Positions 35,746 to 49,294 of a stretch of DNA of 64,000 nucleotides are shown piece after piece. The stretch spans positions 234,236,001-234,300,000 of the forward strand of contig OZ024742.1 in the NCBI GenBank assembly GCA_964016885.1, given 5' to 3'. The translations under genes were made by a program, and so were the position numbers. The notes beneath the pieces are model-generated. The model had not been told where the DNA came from. It saw only the letters and a program-made list of their open reading frames with translations, and did not search any database. Each line of letters starts with the position of its first letter. The first letter of the stretch is position 1. The DNA is from Eledone cirrhosa. Taxonomy: Eukaryota.

Positions 35746-38700
35746 TTGGTACGACATGGTTGAATTTAACAGTTGCTGATCAGTAAAATTACTCTACTAC
35801 CTGGCCAGATCCCATTACCAACCAGCATCTAAAGGCTGTTTATAGCCAGAAGTGGTGATAGATTTAAATGAATTTCCCCAATAAATAACATTTAAATGTC
35901 ACTAAATTCAGCTTGCTTGGTGAACGAGGTATTTAATTTTGCACTTCGATTTCATTTCATTTTTTTTATTCCTCAGCAGTAGAAATAAGCTGCAGCTGTA
36001 ATGCAAAGGACCAATCTTGTTACACAATGTCACACTAAATCTCCCTGAGAAGTGTCTGTGGATTGCTCAAACATTTTCAAGTTAATTTCACGAGTGCTGT
36101 TCCATTGACCGAAGAACTGGAATACTTGTCGTCGGAACCGACGGAAGTCCAACACACACTACTTTTATTATACACTATTCACTTGTAGCGCTACTATTTT
36201 ACTAGATCTTTATATTACTGCTGTAATTAATTGTTTCTACTTTTGGCACAAGGCTAGCAATTATCCCAGTGTATTACTGCTGTAATTAATTGTTTCTACT
36301 TTTGGCACAAGGCCAGCAATTATCCAGTGTATTACTGGTACTTTATTTTATCGATGAAAGGCAAAGTTAACCTCGGCGGGATTTGAACTCAGAATGGAAC
36401 GGGCCGTAACTCAATGCGTCAAAGCATGGCGTCCGACCCTCTACCGATACTGCCAAGACCGTCCAACTGATCGAACCGCATTGTCAATATACATATTATA
36501 ATAAACACTTTAAAGATGATGTTAATAGCCTAGAAATTATAATCTTAATAATAACAACTCATCGCAGAAATTTAGATAATTTTCAATTAAAAGAAAACAA
36601 CTCCAAATTCACGTGCATTTGTTTACATGGCCACAAAAATGTATATGCATACACCTACCATTAATCTGAAAGCGCAACTTCCGTGAGCTTTTCGTACCCA
36701 AAATAAGAATTTAACCAGTCATATCTAAACTAGAAAAATTAAAAATGAATACTTCTTAACAATTAAATTACCCATTTCTTTATTTTAACCATGAAAAATA
36801 ATAATTCTGACGTAAACGATTAAAAAAAACTTAGTGTCTATCACTAAATGTTTTAATGGAAAGATCGAATATGTGATAAGATTAAAAAAGTAAAAAGAAA
36901 TAGGTTATTGACCTTTCTAGAAGATGGGTCCCAGACTCTGTAATAAGTGTGTTGGATTTTCTTTTTTAACTAATAGATAAAGAATCTCTCTCTTTATATA
37001 TATTTAAGGTTGAGATCGTTTGTTTAGAATGAATATAACTAAAAAAAAATACATCTTAATCTCTCTCATCGATTTTAACAGTTATGTGGAACTGAATGAA
37101 TAATTGTTTCTACTTTAGGCACAAGGCCATCAATTAACCAGTGCATTACTGGTACTTTATTTTATCGACCCCGTAAGGATGAAAGGCAAAGTCAACCTCG
37201 GCGGGATTTGAAACTGAATGAATAATGCAGTGGACACAGTATGTTGTCTTCCGACAATATAAGGATATCATAAGCCTGCACCGCTAGAAGCAGATATATT
37301 TTTACTAGAAATCATAAATCATCTTCAACAATTAGAAACTGATATGACAACTTACCGTTTTCGAATGTATTTTCTTATTATCAAGGTGTTTTTGAAGACA
37401 TTAACAAATATATACTTCCAGTGTATTTGTGAAGAAAACTTCCTTGAAAGCGCAGAATAAATTAAATGATACATCTGAAAGATGATATCCGACAGTTTTG
37501 CTGACGGAGTGCCTGTTGAAGAATGTGATGTAAAAAAAGGACCTTCTGAAATGACTGTAAAGTCAAATCATTGAAAGGAACACAGACTTAACTAATCTAG
37601 CCAACATTGCAGCTTCATTTTCGTATAACGCTTTCTTTTTTTCTAATGTCTTTTGTTATTCAATAGACCAAAGGAATACATTTGTAAAATGTCATATATA
37701 CAATACAGTACAATTCGCTTATCGTATGCGACGGGGGAACTGATAGTTCCAGCAAAGCTTTTCGTCGAAGGTGCTATCAGTTTGAAGGGCTTTGCTTGAA
37801 ATGTCAACCAGTACAATATATATTATGTATAGTTATTATTGACACATGTTCCTGTGGTTGCAGTCTAATTAATAGTATTTAGGTATAATACGAAGGGGTG
37901 AACCTCTCATTTCTAAAACAATGTTTTTAAACATAACGCATATTAAAAATTTTGTCACTAATTGAATTATTAACACTAACTGATACGGGGGAAATTCCTC
38001 GCTCGTTGGCAACTAACATACAATAAATACTCTGCCATATATTTGTTTTTTTCTTCATTCTATCATTATATCATTAATTATCATTACCATAATTTATACC
38101 ATTAATTTAATATACAATGGTTTTAGTTATATTTTTCTCTTTGAATCCTTTCCCTATTGGTATTAACTATGATAAAACATTAGTTGATTTCTGATCCTTA
38201 ATGAATGTAATAATGCTGTCTGCGACTAAATACTGATTGTAGGACGTAAATCCCTATCTTATTAAATTTTTCACCTTGTGTTTTATTAATTGTTATTGAA
38301 TAACTTAATCTAAATTGAAAGAGTCCTTTGTAAAATGTTCAGTATATCAGACAACAGCTAATTGCACTATAGCGCATCCGTTAAATAACTGACGATTTTG
38401 AAAAAAAAAAAAATTAATATTTTCTAGAAAGAAAACTAGCCTGTTTGCCCTCCCTTATTACCACCGCATGTATTAACCAATATCCCTACCAACAACGTCA
38501 CCAGTTGCAGTTGTTAGTGTATCACATGTGTATGCATTTGATTATATTTGTCTATCAGTAGTCTTCCCTATCTCTCTCCCTTCTCCCTCACCAACACTTT
38601 TATTTCTCACTTCTCCCATCATATATATGTAAGGACCTAATTCTGATGGATACACAACTCTACATAAAGTTCACTGCCAATCCTGATGTTCTTCCTTCCA

Positions 38701-38879
38701 TTTAAGAAATATGGGATATTGGATTCTGTTTTTCAGAAATTAGAAGTTTTACTCTATTTTCACTTATGCTTATTTAGGGCATTCACAATTTTGCTTGCTA
38801 TCATTGTGAACAAAATGTGAAGTTCTTTATTCTGAGGACCATTATCTTGCAGTAGCATAGCTAGCGCAGGGAAGCACTT

Positions 38880-39422
38880 TTTGGTCTGTTGTATATGAGT
38901 CACAGAAAGATCAATAGAAATGGTTGATAGCATCTGCTACCTAGGTGATCTAATTAGTAGTGGAGGAGGTTGCTCAGAGAGCATAGTAGCTAGAATAAGA
39001 ACAAGAGAGAAAAAGCTCTACCTCTGTTGACAACAAAAAGTTTCTCTCTGTATGGTGCAATGTTGCGTGGTAATGGGACATGAGCAGTGAATGCAAAAAC
39101 TTGAGAGAAATTAAGCAAACCTGCTCCAATGGATATTAATGTGCATGAGTGATGTAGAATGAATGAGCAAAGAGAAAAGCTGTGTATAAAAGGAATCAGA
39201 TGTAGTGTGCAGGAGAGAAGACTGTGCTGGTATGGATATGTGTTGCATATGGATGATGATGCAACAGAGGGAGACCAATGAAGACTTGGACAGATGTTGT
39301 AAGAGGTGATCTTAAATTGTTGAAGCTCACAGAGATGGTAAAGGACTGCAATGAGTGGAGGAATATTGTGCTGGGAATGACCTGTCCAACTCACAAAAGC
39401 AGTCATAAAACAGTGATGATGA
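38880..39422 (+). mobile_element. RTE LINE 3' fragment
   Basis: YLGDLISSGGGCSESIVARIR, GIRCSVQERRLCWYG, KTWTDVV; (GAT)n tail; same family as 1-2562. Confidence 0.8.
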
Positions 39423-40422
39423 TATATATATATGTGTGTGTCTGTTTTCAATTTGATATTTATAACTAGATTTTGGTTCAATTATCCATTTTGTATTATG
39501 ATATAGTATGGATTGTAGCAGTTATCACTGATTAGTATAGGCTCTATAAGATTACAGTAGTTATCACTGACTAATGTAAACCCTGTGAAGATGTCATCCT
39601 ATTTTCTAATGAAGTTGATGCTTTTAGTTTCTATTTCTTGATGTTGATAGGCATAATATTCAATCATCATTGGCCATTGATAGCTATGTCATTTGGGGCC
39701 ATTAAGAATAAAGTACCAGTCAAATACTGGGAATTGATTTAATCAACTGACACTTGTCTCCCAGACTTCTTCAAGTACAAACGCATCATCATCATCATTT
39801 AACAAGCATTTACCCTGCTGGCAAGAGTTGTATGGGTTGTCACAGAGACACAGTACTCAAACAGTGCTATTCACCTCTCAGATAGGCGAAAGCCTGCATC
39901 TCATGTGCAAAAATCGAGGGTTTATTCAAATGCATTTTATCATGGCACCAGCACAAGGAAGGTTGTTACGTCTTTGACACTGCTGAAGAGTTCTCCCAAC
40001 TCTTTGTTCAGCAGGTTTTGAACAGTTGGATGCTCTTCCTATCAACAACTACTTTATAGAGTGTACTGGTTGTGTTTATCATGTATACCACCAACACTAG
40101 TGAGGCTTATGACTGATAATCCTGAACAAATCCTATTAATCCCAATAGTCAAAGTATTTCTGTGAGGAGCAGTGACCAAAAGCATTATTTGCTTTGAAAG
40201 ACAATGATGGAACAATGTCATACAAATCTCGTAATTAACATATGATAGATCCATTGTCATGTGTGATGCACATTAATAGACGATGAAGCATAACCAGACT
40301 GTGCCGCCCAGGGCAGCATTTGATTTTATTGAATGTGTAGATGAGGAGCAATCTTGATGTTTAATGATGGCACCGTAAAGTTTTATTTAAATTAGCTTAT
40401 TAAGCTAAGAAAGTTTTAAAAA

Positions 40423-41030
40423 ATAAAGCGAACCCTAGCTCGGGTAAATATCCCCTCAGTTCTGAAGACAGTTGGATTATCCAGAAGTGATGGGAAGAGA
40501 CCAAACGGCCTTACCCTTTGTCACTAGGTTAGAGGCAGGTGTCTCATCTGAGACACCATAGTCAGTGACTCTTTTGCTCCCTCCTATATCATGGATACCG
40601 TGGTAAATGTGCGGGTCACTGCTTCTGTTGCTGAACGGAATAAAATTCGAAAATACCGGGAACTATCAAACAATTATTTTTTCCAGCCTGTGACGTTCGA
40701 GTTGTTTCCTGGAGTTGGGCCGCTGACAGCAAAGTTCTTGTCATCGTTGGCGACTCGCCTTACTGAGATGTCAGATGATGCCCGTGAGGGTGCCTGGTTG
40801 TATCAGTGCCTTAGCCTCGCCATCACCCTTGGTAATGTTGTGAGCATGCTGGCTTGCCTCAAAATTTCCCGTCGGCCTTGAAATGTGCGACCGATTGTCG
40901 CACTTGGTGGTGAATTGAGGTCATTTTTGTCCCCCCCTCCCTTTTTTTTTTCTTTCTCTCGCTCTGATCGAAAGAGTTGTGAAGAATTTGTAATGCTATT
41001 TATACAACTGTGTTAACTTCACATTATATT
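40423..41030 (+). mobile_element. CRE-like non-LTR element 3' end (restriction-like endonuclease domain + 3' UTR)
   Basis: IKRTLARVNIPSVL..GLSRSDGKRPNGLTL...AERNKIRKY...FQPVTFE...WLYQCLSLAITLGN, i.e. a degenerate RPD...D...K motif. Confidence 0.8.
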
Positions 41031-41084
41031 TATAATCAAAGGGTCGGATTGGCAGTATCGGTAGAGGGTCGGACGCCATGCTTT

Positions 41085-41785
41085 TGTAGTGACCTACATT
41101 CTGCGGGTTCACATGCATTCTCCGTGCGTTATTTGGCTCAGCCCAGCCAATGACCGCCAGCGGAGGAGAATGTGTCTCTACGCGCCCTGAGGGAAGAATT
41201 CCCGCGTTGATTTGAGAAATCTGTCTCTTGCATCCTGACTGAAAAGGTAAACAACTAACTTTCTTTCGTCATGAAATCACTAGCCAATATGTAACACAAC
41301 AACTTAACCACGGCCTGGCAACACTTCAGCCAGTGGACCGTGCCTTCTGAATTCTTAATTCGTTTGTTTTATCTCTCTTGGCATGCCAGCTCTACTCAGG
41401 TCAACCTCGTTAATAAATAATGTAAAACAAGCCAAAGTCGTTGTCGATGTTCTTACCACATCTTTCTACCGAACTGGTCACTCGTGGTGCTACTAACAAT
41501 AACACATCTTAACTGTTAAATTGGTGAAACATTGTAGAGTCTTGTGATGCTGTTACCATAGCAATGCCTTTAAATGTGATATGGAAGGATTCCTTCCAGA
41601 AGAGGTATTATCACAGCAGCAACAGAACTGAGACTTACAGCCTAACCTCAATTCTTCGTGGGATACATCTACTCTTAAAACCATCCTGTTAAAACTGGTG
41701 ACCTTCGACGCAGGAGTATTTAGACATGAAATGCTCCTTTGCAATATATATATATATATATACATCAACCCAGTATTCTGTTAAA
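41085..41785. mobile_element. 701-bp insertion splitting a SINE, probable solo LTR
   Basis: Starts TGTAG and ends TGTTAAA (one base from ...TTACA); CTTT is duplicated at 41081-41084 and 41786-41789; the SINE sequence resumes exactly after it; internal AATAAA. Confidence 0.65.
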
Positions 41786-43621
41786 CTTTGCAGCATAGAA
41801 TTACGGCCCTTTACGATTTGGGTTCAAATCCCGCTGAGGTTAACTTTTCCTTTCATCCTTACGGGGGTCGATAAAATAAAGTACCAGTAATACACTGGGG
41901 TAATAGCTGGCCTTGTGCCAAAAGTAGAAACAATTATATTTATAATTCATTTCTTGATGTCAAATTTTCGAAATAAATATGCACCTCTACTTAAAAAAAA
42001 AAAATTGAAAAAATATTTGTATGTATTAAATATAAACATTTTTTTATAGGTTACTATTCATTTAATAATACTCTATATTGGTGTGCTATACAATCGATTA
42101 TACATCTTCCTCGGCATAAATTCTAGAGTTGTTTTGTTTTATAATTTAAAATGCATTGTATGTCACAAAAATGTGTTCTTAAGCAGACAAGGTTTTGTGT
42201 AGTGACAGAGTTACATTCCCTAGTAGTTTATTAATATAAGCGCCTTAAATACTTTCATATCACTAATTCATCCTAGCATTTGGATTCTGTTATACCTGGA
42301 ATCGAGTTATTATCACTTATGGTTCACAACATAAACACACTGTGGTTGAACTTTTAATAATTTTGTTTAAGTAAAATGAACGTTATTTATAAGAGTCTGA
42401 AGTGTACTTGTATTAAATATCAGAAAAGTCTTCTAAATTTAGTCATGTAATATATCCATCTATAGTGCATTCAAGGAGGTTTATCTACATTTGTATATTT
42501 GATGGTAGGTGTATTGAATAACATAGGAAATTGTATGACGAATAAGTGAATATTTTTTTACGAAAATAAGGATATGCTAGTTGTCTGTTTTAAGATGTAT
42601 CACTTAGTTCTGTTATTGAACATGTTACAAGTGTGTTATCTTTGTTAATGTTAACTCTTGGTTTATCTACCAGTATAATATACTATAAACACCCCAAAAC
42701 GTGAGGTCGTATGCCAATGCTAGAAATCAACATTATTATACTGAACGTCCAGAAAAAATATCTGAAGAACGTGGTAAGTCGATCTGTCAATATCTAATTG
42801 TTAGGGTTTCCAGCACAAATTTTATATATTGCAGTCTTTTGGGAACACAAACAAAAAATTAAAAAGAGATAAACACCCATCCACTGCTACATCATCAATG
42901 TACATATAAACTTAACTGAGGGATATTTGGCACTGTGCCATTCCTATTGGAACAAATTGTAAATAATGATTTCTAGTATAGGCACAAGGCCAGTAATTTG
43001 GGGGTAGGGGAAAGTCGATTAAATCGACTCCAGTACGTTTACTGGTGCTAATAATACCAAAAGGTTAAAAAACGCATTTTTTAAAATTGCCTTGACTTTC
43101 TGAAATTCTTGGCTCTATATATTTAGATGTTAGCTGTCTCACAATCATTACATTAACTTCCCTTCTTTATGTGTAAATAGATTTTTTAAATTAAAAATAA
43201 AACTTGTTAAAATGTATTTCTGGTCAGTTATCATTAAATCAAACAGTGTAGATACGTCTAAGTGGGTATATTGACTTGTATTAAGTAAACCCCAAACCAC
43301 GTGTTGCCGATAAGTGCGTCAATTAGTGTCGACGGAGCCTATACATGGTCACTTAGCATACCAGAAATAACAGCAAAATCTCTTTTAAACCATATTCCGT
43401 CTTTTAAAAATGGAAGGATTTTAGAAAATGTAAAATAAGATAAATTATGCCTGAATAGATGAGATGGTCATGGATAGAATATCTTTGAAAACTAGTACTA
43501 TGCTCATATATCTCACTACGAGCCAAAAGAAAGCCACTAATCCATAATTTGGCCAGTTAGAAATAACAACAAAATCGCCCTAAAATTTTATGCTAATGTC
43601 TTCAAAATGAAAGAATACATA

Positions 43622-44665
43622 AAGTGGTGGAAATAAGTATAAGACACCCCATTAAATTGTTAATAATTTTCTTATTACTGCACAAATTCCTTTGAAAATG
43701 TGTGTGTGGAACATAGATCCTATGGGAATCGGTATACATATTCGATTTTATAAAAACTTTCCACGAAAAAAAATTCTTAACAAAACTACGTTTTAGAGGG
43801 TGGTAATAAGTATAAGACAATTTTGAAAATATGTATTTAGCAACAAAATGGTACAAATTTTAGTATTTACATTTATTCGGGCCCATCCAAATTAAACTTT
43901 TTCTCGTCAGAAAACACCACGGTTTCCCATTTATCCTTTGACCATGTTACTTTCTCCTTTACCCAATCTACACGCTTCTTCTTGTGTTCAGCAGTTAAAG
44001 CAGGAGCCATCTTCCTCTTTCGATATATGAAATTTGGCGAATCACGGAGAATTTGACGAACTCTTCTTGGAGACAAGGGCAAATTCTGAGATTGTTACAG
44101 GTCTCTTGAGCTTGACTGTCCCTTAGAAGCTTCTCGAAAAAGTCGACGCCTGGCTGCATCTGTAATTTTAGGTGGACGGCCTGGTCGTTTTTTGGTGCCA
44201 TTCGATTCAGTGTCCTTTAGATAATTTCTCACAACTGTTCGGGACCTCGACAGTTCTCTTGCAATGAAACTTCCAAGTTATAGGCAGAAATTTGCCCTTT
44301 TTCATTTTCATTAAGGTGAGAGTTTTTCGGCATTTGCAGTGACTTTATGCAATGTTTAATTAGGAATCACGTGGCTTGTAATCATGATAAGAGTTGTTTA
44401 CAATATGCGCATGCACTTATTCTTTCTTTGGCACTTAGAAGTAATCCGGAAATACGAATTTTCTAAACTGTCTTATACTTATTTCCACCCTCGAAAACGT
44501 AGTTTTGTTAAGAACTTTTTTTTCGTGGAAAGTTTTTATAAAATCGAATATGTATACCGATTCCCATAGGATCTATGTTCCACACACATTTTCAAAGGAA
44601 TTTGTGCAGTAATAAGAAAATTATTAACAATTTAATGGGGTGTCTTATACTTATTTCCACCACTG
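43622..44665 (-). mobile_element. Tc1/mariner (Tc3-like) DNA transposon, internally deleted
   Basis: About 210-bp inverted repeats beginning (C)AGTGGTGGAAATAAGTATAAGACA, flanked by TA. Transposase runs from the ATG at 44333 (MPKNSHLNENEKGQI) to WETVVFSDEKKFNLDGP and is then truncated. Confidence 0.92.
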
Positions 44666-44779
44666 TAGTATGAGTTCATTTGGTGGTAGTTCGATGGGAC
44701 GTTTTTTAAAAAGATTTTCCGTGTTTTTTTCAACGAATCTAACTTCTAAATTAGTTGGAAACTTTATTATTATTATTTT

Positions 44780-46590
44780 TTAGAAAACTCAGGGGTCTTT
44801 TACGTCGGTTTTCCATGCCTACACACATTTATATAGAGAGAAATATGTAAAACCCCAACTGAGACGCCAAGCGGTTTCGGCTAGTGTGTTCAGTAGACCT
44901 TTTAAAGGTGTAGTAATATTTGTAGGATGTGAGAAAATAGGTCACTGGTTTGGGTAGTGCTTTGGTTGAGTTTTCATACTAGTAAACTGGCCTGATGGAG
45001 AAAGTGAGAGGCTGGACAGTGGTAAGTGTATCTGGTGAAGGAAATTGTATGGGTGGATATTGGATAGGAGTGGAGTAGGAGGAGAAGGGACATAATGGTC
45101 ATAGGAATAGGGGGTGGTAGGGTTATTTATAGACGGAGCTTGTAGGCTGAAAGAGCATTTCTCAGTGAAGAATTAACAGTAAAAGGTGGATTATATACAA
45201 GTAAATGAGCAGATGGCTAAATATACTAGTAAATAGGATCAAATAAAGTCAGGTAAAAGATAGGTAGAGTGTATTATATGGGTTGATAACCATTGATGAA
45301 ATGTATGTACTATGTGTATGCTTACTGCATACATAGAGACTTACACAATGGGAAGTTTTAGAAGGTTTTACATAGAAATACACAAATAAAAGAGTCTAAT
45401 ATTACTTTAATGGAAGAAGTAGGGAGAGGTAAGAATTTAGAGAGCAAATAAATGAGTCGGTGGAAAGGGTGGGTAAAGTATACACAAACAGGTACAGGTG
45501 CATTCATACATGCACACATAGATACTTGTGCACATACATGTACATGCACACACCTGTACATGCGTCTTCACATACCTGCTTGTATGCATGCAAGCAAAGT
45601 CATGTGCAGAAACATACATATACATATATACGCGTATATTTATGCACATGCACATCTCCACAGTTTCATACACAGGCCCATGCATGTCTCTATAGGGAGA
45701 AGAGGTGGTGGAATTGTCTGCACCCATGCTCCCACATGAGTCCATGTGAGGAGAGGAAGTGGTACGATTGTCTGCACACACACACACCTATATATATTAT
45801 ACATATGCATGCACACATGTACGTAATATATTGATATACCATTACAAGAATCGAGGAGGAAGAGGTTTAACCCTTTAGCATTTAAACCGGCCATATCCGG
45901 CCAGAATTCTATCAACTCTTTCTTTTCAAACCAGTCGTAACTTGCTACTCATACTTATGTTAAGGTTTTGTTCTCAAAATAAATAACATCAGAATCTCAT
46001 AGATTCGAAATTATGTGAGGTATTTTGTCGGATAAAGCCTTTACCATAAAAATACAACAGTATATATAGAGTAATGTGAATGCTAAAGGGTTAAGGCTAT
46101 CTGCACATAAACACATGGGAAGTATATGTAAAAGGAAACTTACATGTGAGTAGTGGTAGGTTGATGGAACAATGTTGGGGCAGGTGGATATACAAGGCAA
46201 GGAGTGGGAGAGGGGTTTGGGCTCTGAGGTCCCTGCAAGTGGGTTCCTGGGAGAAGTCCAGGTGCTTGGGCAGGCGTGTAAGGTGGGGCTTAGTCCAGGT
46301 ACATATTGCTGCGCAGGCTTAAGTGCCGAGTGGTTTGGGTACCTGTGCTTGATAGGTGTGGATCATTAGCTTACAGGATCATTTGTTAGTTTGAGGCATA
46401 GTTGTGATTTTTGTATGTGGTGCATACATTTGGTCACTAGTTCAGATTTTTTATTTATCAAGGTGTCCCTATCAAACAGTATGCAAAGTGCTTTGGCCGT
46501 GCACAAGTTACAGTGGCCTCCTCCTGAGTAGGGTAGGGCTCTGGTGATGGTAGTCCATCATAGTAGGTAGGGTATTCCATTTTTGTGTAG
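44780..46590 (-). mobile_element. Possible highly degenerate Penelope-like element, interrupted by microsatellites and a MITE
   Basis: Hammerhead-like motif at about 44855-44910 on the minus strand, plus weak coding-like remnants at 46140-46590. No clear RT or GIY-YIG motif was seen. Confidence 0.3.
45871..46090. mobile_element. piggyBac-like MITE, 220 bp
   Basis: TTAA|CCCTTTAGCATT ... AATGCTAAAGGG|TTAA: 12-bp terminal inverted repeats with a TTAA duplication. Confidence 0.88.
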
Positions 46591-49294
46591 CCGCCAGATG
46601 TGTGTGTGTGTGTATATATTTGTCGATTACATCCCCCTGTTTTGCTCTTGTTAGACATATAGTGTACACATTGCTTTCACTAAAATAAGGGAAAATATTC
46701 AATTTAAAAAAATGAGATGAAATATAAATTATTCAATTACTTTCAAAGACTGCAGTAATTATTTAAGGCTAAAACTTTCACCGAATCACTTAATAAATCC
46801 TTCATATTACACAAAAGAAAATAGAATCAAAAACTAGAATACCAATATTTTGCATTCTGAATTCAATTCTTGTCACCCAGTTTTACATCACCAATGCTTT
46901 TCCTTCTTTGGAATGTCTGGAAATTTTCTAAAGAAATAACCAACAATGCTTGATATGATACACTGATACCCCCCCCCCCCCCCCCACACACACACACAAT
47001 AAAAAAACCAGGATAATCTCTGTTAAACGCCTTTAATCATGGGTCTAGATCAAGGCTGGTTAAATATATATTTCAATCCTTTCAACACAACTACTAATGT
47101 TACACTTTTCTTTTCTGTAGAAGCAACCTTAAAATAAATTCATCAGTACTTTTCGTATTAACAGATCCTTAGTTGAAGGAACTGTTAGTTTTGTGGAAGG
47201 TTTAATATATAGTTGGAGTGGTAATAAAGTCCATACAAATCAGTCATAATTTTAAAATATTTGATGATCTAAATACAACGAATGTTTTTTTACTTCTGAT
47301 AAGATTAAACTTTTTCATTACCATATTTCTTATAAAAGACCTGCCTATGATTTTCAAATGATTTTAATAATGGTGTTTGGAACATAACAAAGTTTCTTAC
47401 ATAAGACTTTTAGATACATAAACACTTTTATATCATAGAACTATAGATGATTCCAGGCAGTTGGGTATCATCATCATCACCGTTTTACGTCCGTTCTTCC
47501 ATGCTAGCATGGGTTAGACGGGTTGTCCTGTTGTGGGCAGTGTCTGGTCGGCTGACCATGCCTTGCTCATACAAGAACTGATTTTGGCTTGATTTCTACA
47601 GCTGGATGCCCTTCCTAACACCAACCTCATTTACAGTGAGGGCTGGGTGCTTTTTTTCCGTGGCACCTACACGTCCACTTTACAGTGTGGGTATCTAAAG
47701 GATTAATATACATATGGCATATACATCCATGAGGTTTTATTGGGTATAATAAATCTTCTTGGGCTTTGGGAATCAAAACAATAGATATGTGGTTCAAATT
47801 TTGACAAGATTTTTATTATTTTTAACACTTTTGCGATTGTATTTCTACTAATTCATGAAGAATTAGTAGAAATACTAATTATTTCATTACTAAGATAGTA
47901 ACTTAATATATGATTCTTATATAAATTTAGGTTGGGAGATTTTAATTTAGATAGGAGTCAGAGTCAGTTTGGACTAAGATTGTATCAAAAGGGTTAATCC
48001 TGGTAAGGTTTTTCGATAATAAAAATAAGAATCCAATCACAATAACAACAAAGTCTATTCCTTACTGACTGCTTCTGCTAAATAAAGTAAGAGACAACCA
48101 TCTGTATTCACCATCAAACACGACTGTATCGGTAGAGGGTCTGACGCCATGCTTTGCAGCAAAGAGTTACGGTCCTTTATGGTCTGAGTTCAAATCTTGC
48201 TGAGGTTAACTTTGCCTTACATCCTTACGGGGTCGATAAAATAAAGTACCAGTGATACACTGGGATAATTGCTGGCCTTGAGCCAAAAGTAGAAACAATT
48301 ATAGTATAGTCACCTGATTGAGTGACTCCCTTCATGTTTCTAGATACTGTACGGCTATTACATCACTGTTAATCAGACACCAATTCTAATCTGGTAGATT
48401 GTTACTGTAAATAATTGTTTCTACTTTTGGCATAAGGCCAGCAATTACCCCAGTAAATTACTGTTGCTTTATTTTATTGATCGCATAAGGATGAAATGCA
48501 AAGCTAACCTCAGCGGGATTTGAATTCAGAATGTAAAGGGCTGTAACTATATAATGCAAAGCATGGAGTCTGCCATTCTTCCAATACTGCCAATACACCA
48601 CCCTTTTGTAAATAATTGTTTCTACTTTTGGCACAAGGCCAGCAATTATTACAGTGCATTACTGGTACTTTATTTTATCAACCCCGTAAGGATGAAAGGC
48701 AAAGTTAACCTCGGCAATATTGTTCTACTAGACTTGAAGTTTCTATGTCAGTGTTTCTGGTGAATTATGTTTCCTCTAATAATTTTTGCTTTAAGAGTTG
48801 CTTGCTTCTTATGTCTTATATATTCTACTCTTTCTTTGTTTCAGGACATCTGTTCACATTGAGCTGCATCAGCAAGTTTTAGAAACTAAAGAATGATATT
48901 ATCAAGAACATTTGTGGCTCTCTCTCTACATAACCATAACTAAATTACATTGACTGTAAATATATTTGTTGAATAGTTTTGTGTGATAGTTGGTTACACA
49001 TGAGAAATATCCCATGAAACTGCAGCTGAATTATATGGATTGTATTTTATATTTTGGTGTATATTGAAAACTGGTTTAGTGACAATTTTTTTCTTGTTTG
49101 TAAATGCGAGTTTAAAATCAAGTTGAACATCCTGTTCTCTAACCAAAACTTACTATTTATACTGGCATATCTGCAGTTTCTTGTCAAATATTACAATTTA
49201 CAGTAAAGGAAATAGCATCTGGTCCATATATGTATTGGGAAGTTTTTCTAAGTTTGATTTTTACTCGAAAAAACTTTATTGACAAGAGAGAATT

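Noticed and set aside
45358-45915. Several overlapping His/Cys/Thr-rich ORFs (similar ones at 26954-27477 and 11714-12459)
   Set aside because: They arise from decayed CA/TA/GA microsatellites and low-complexity sequence.
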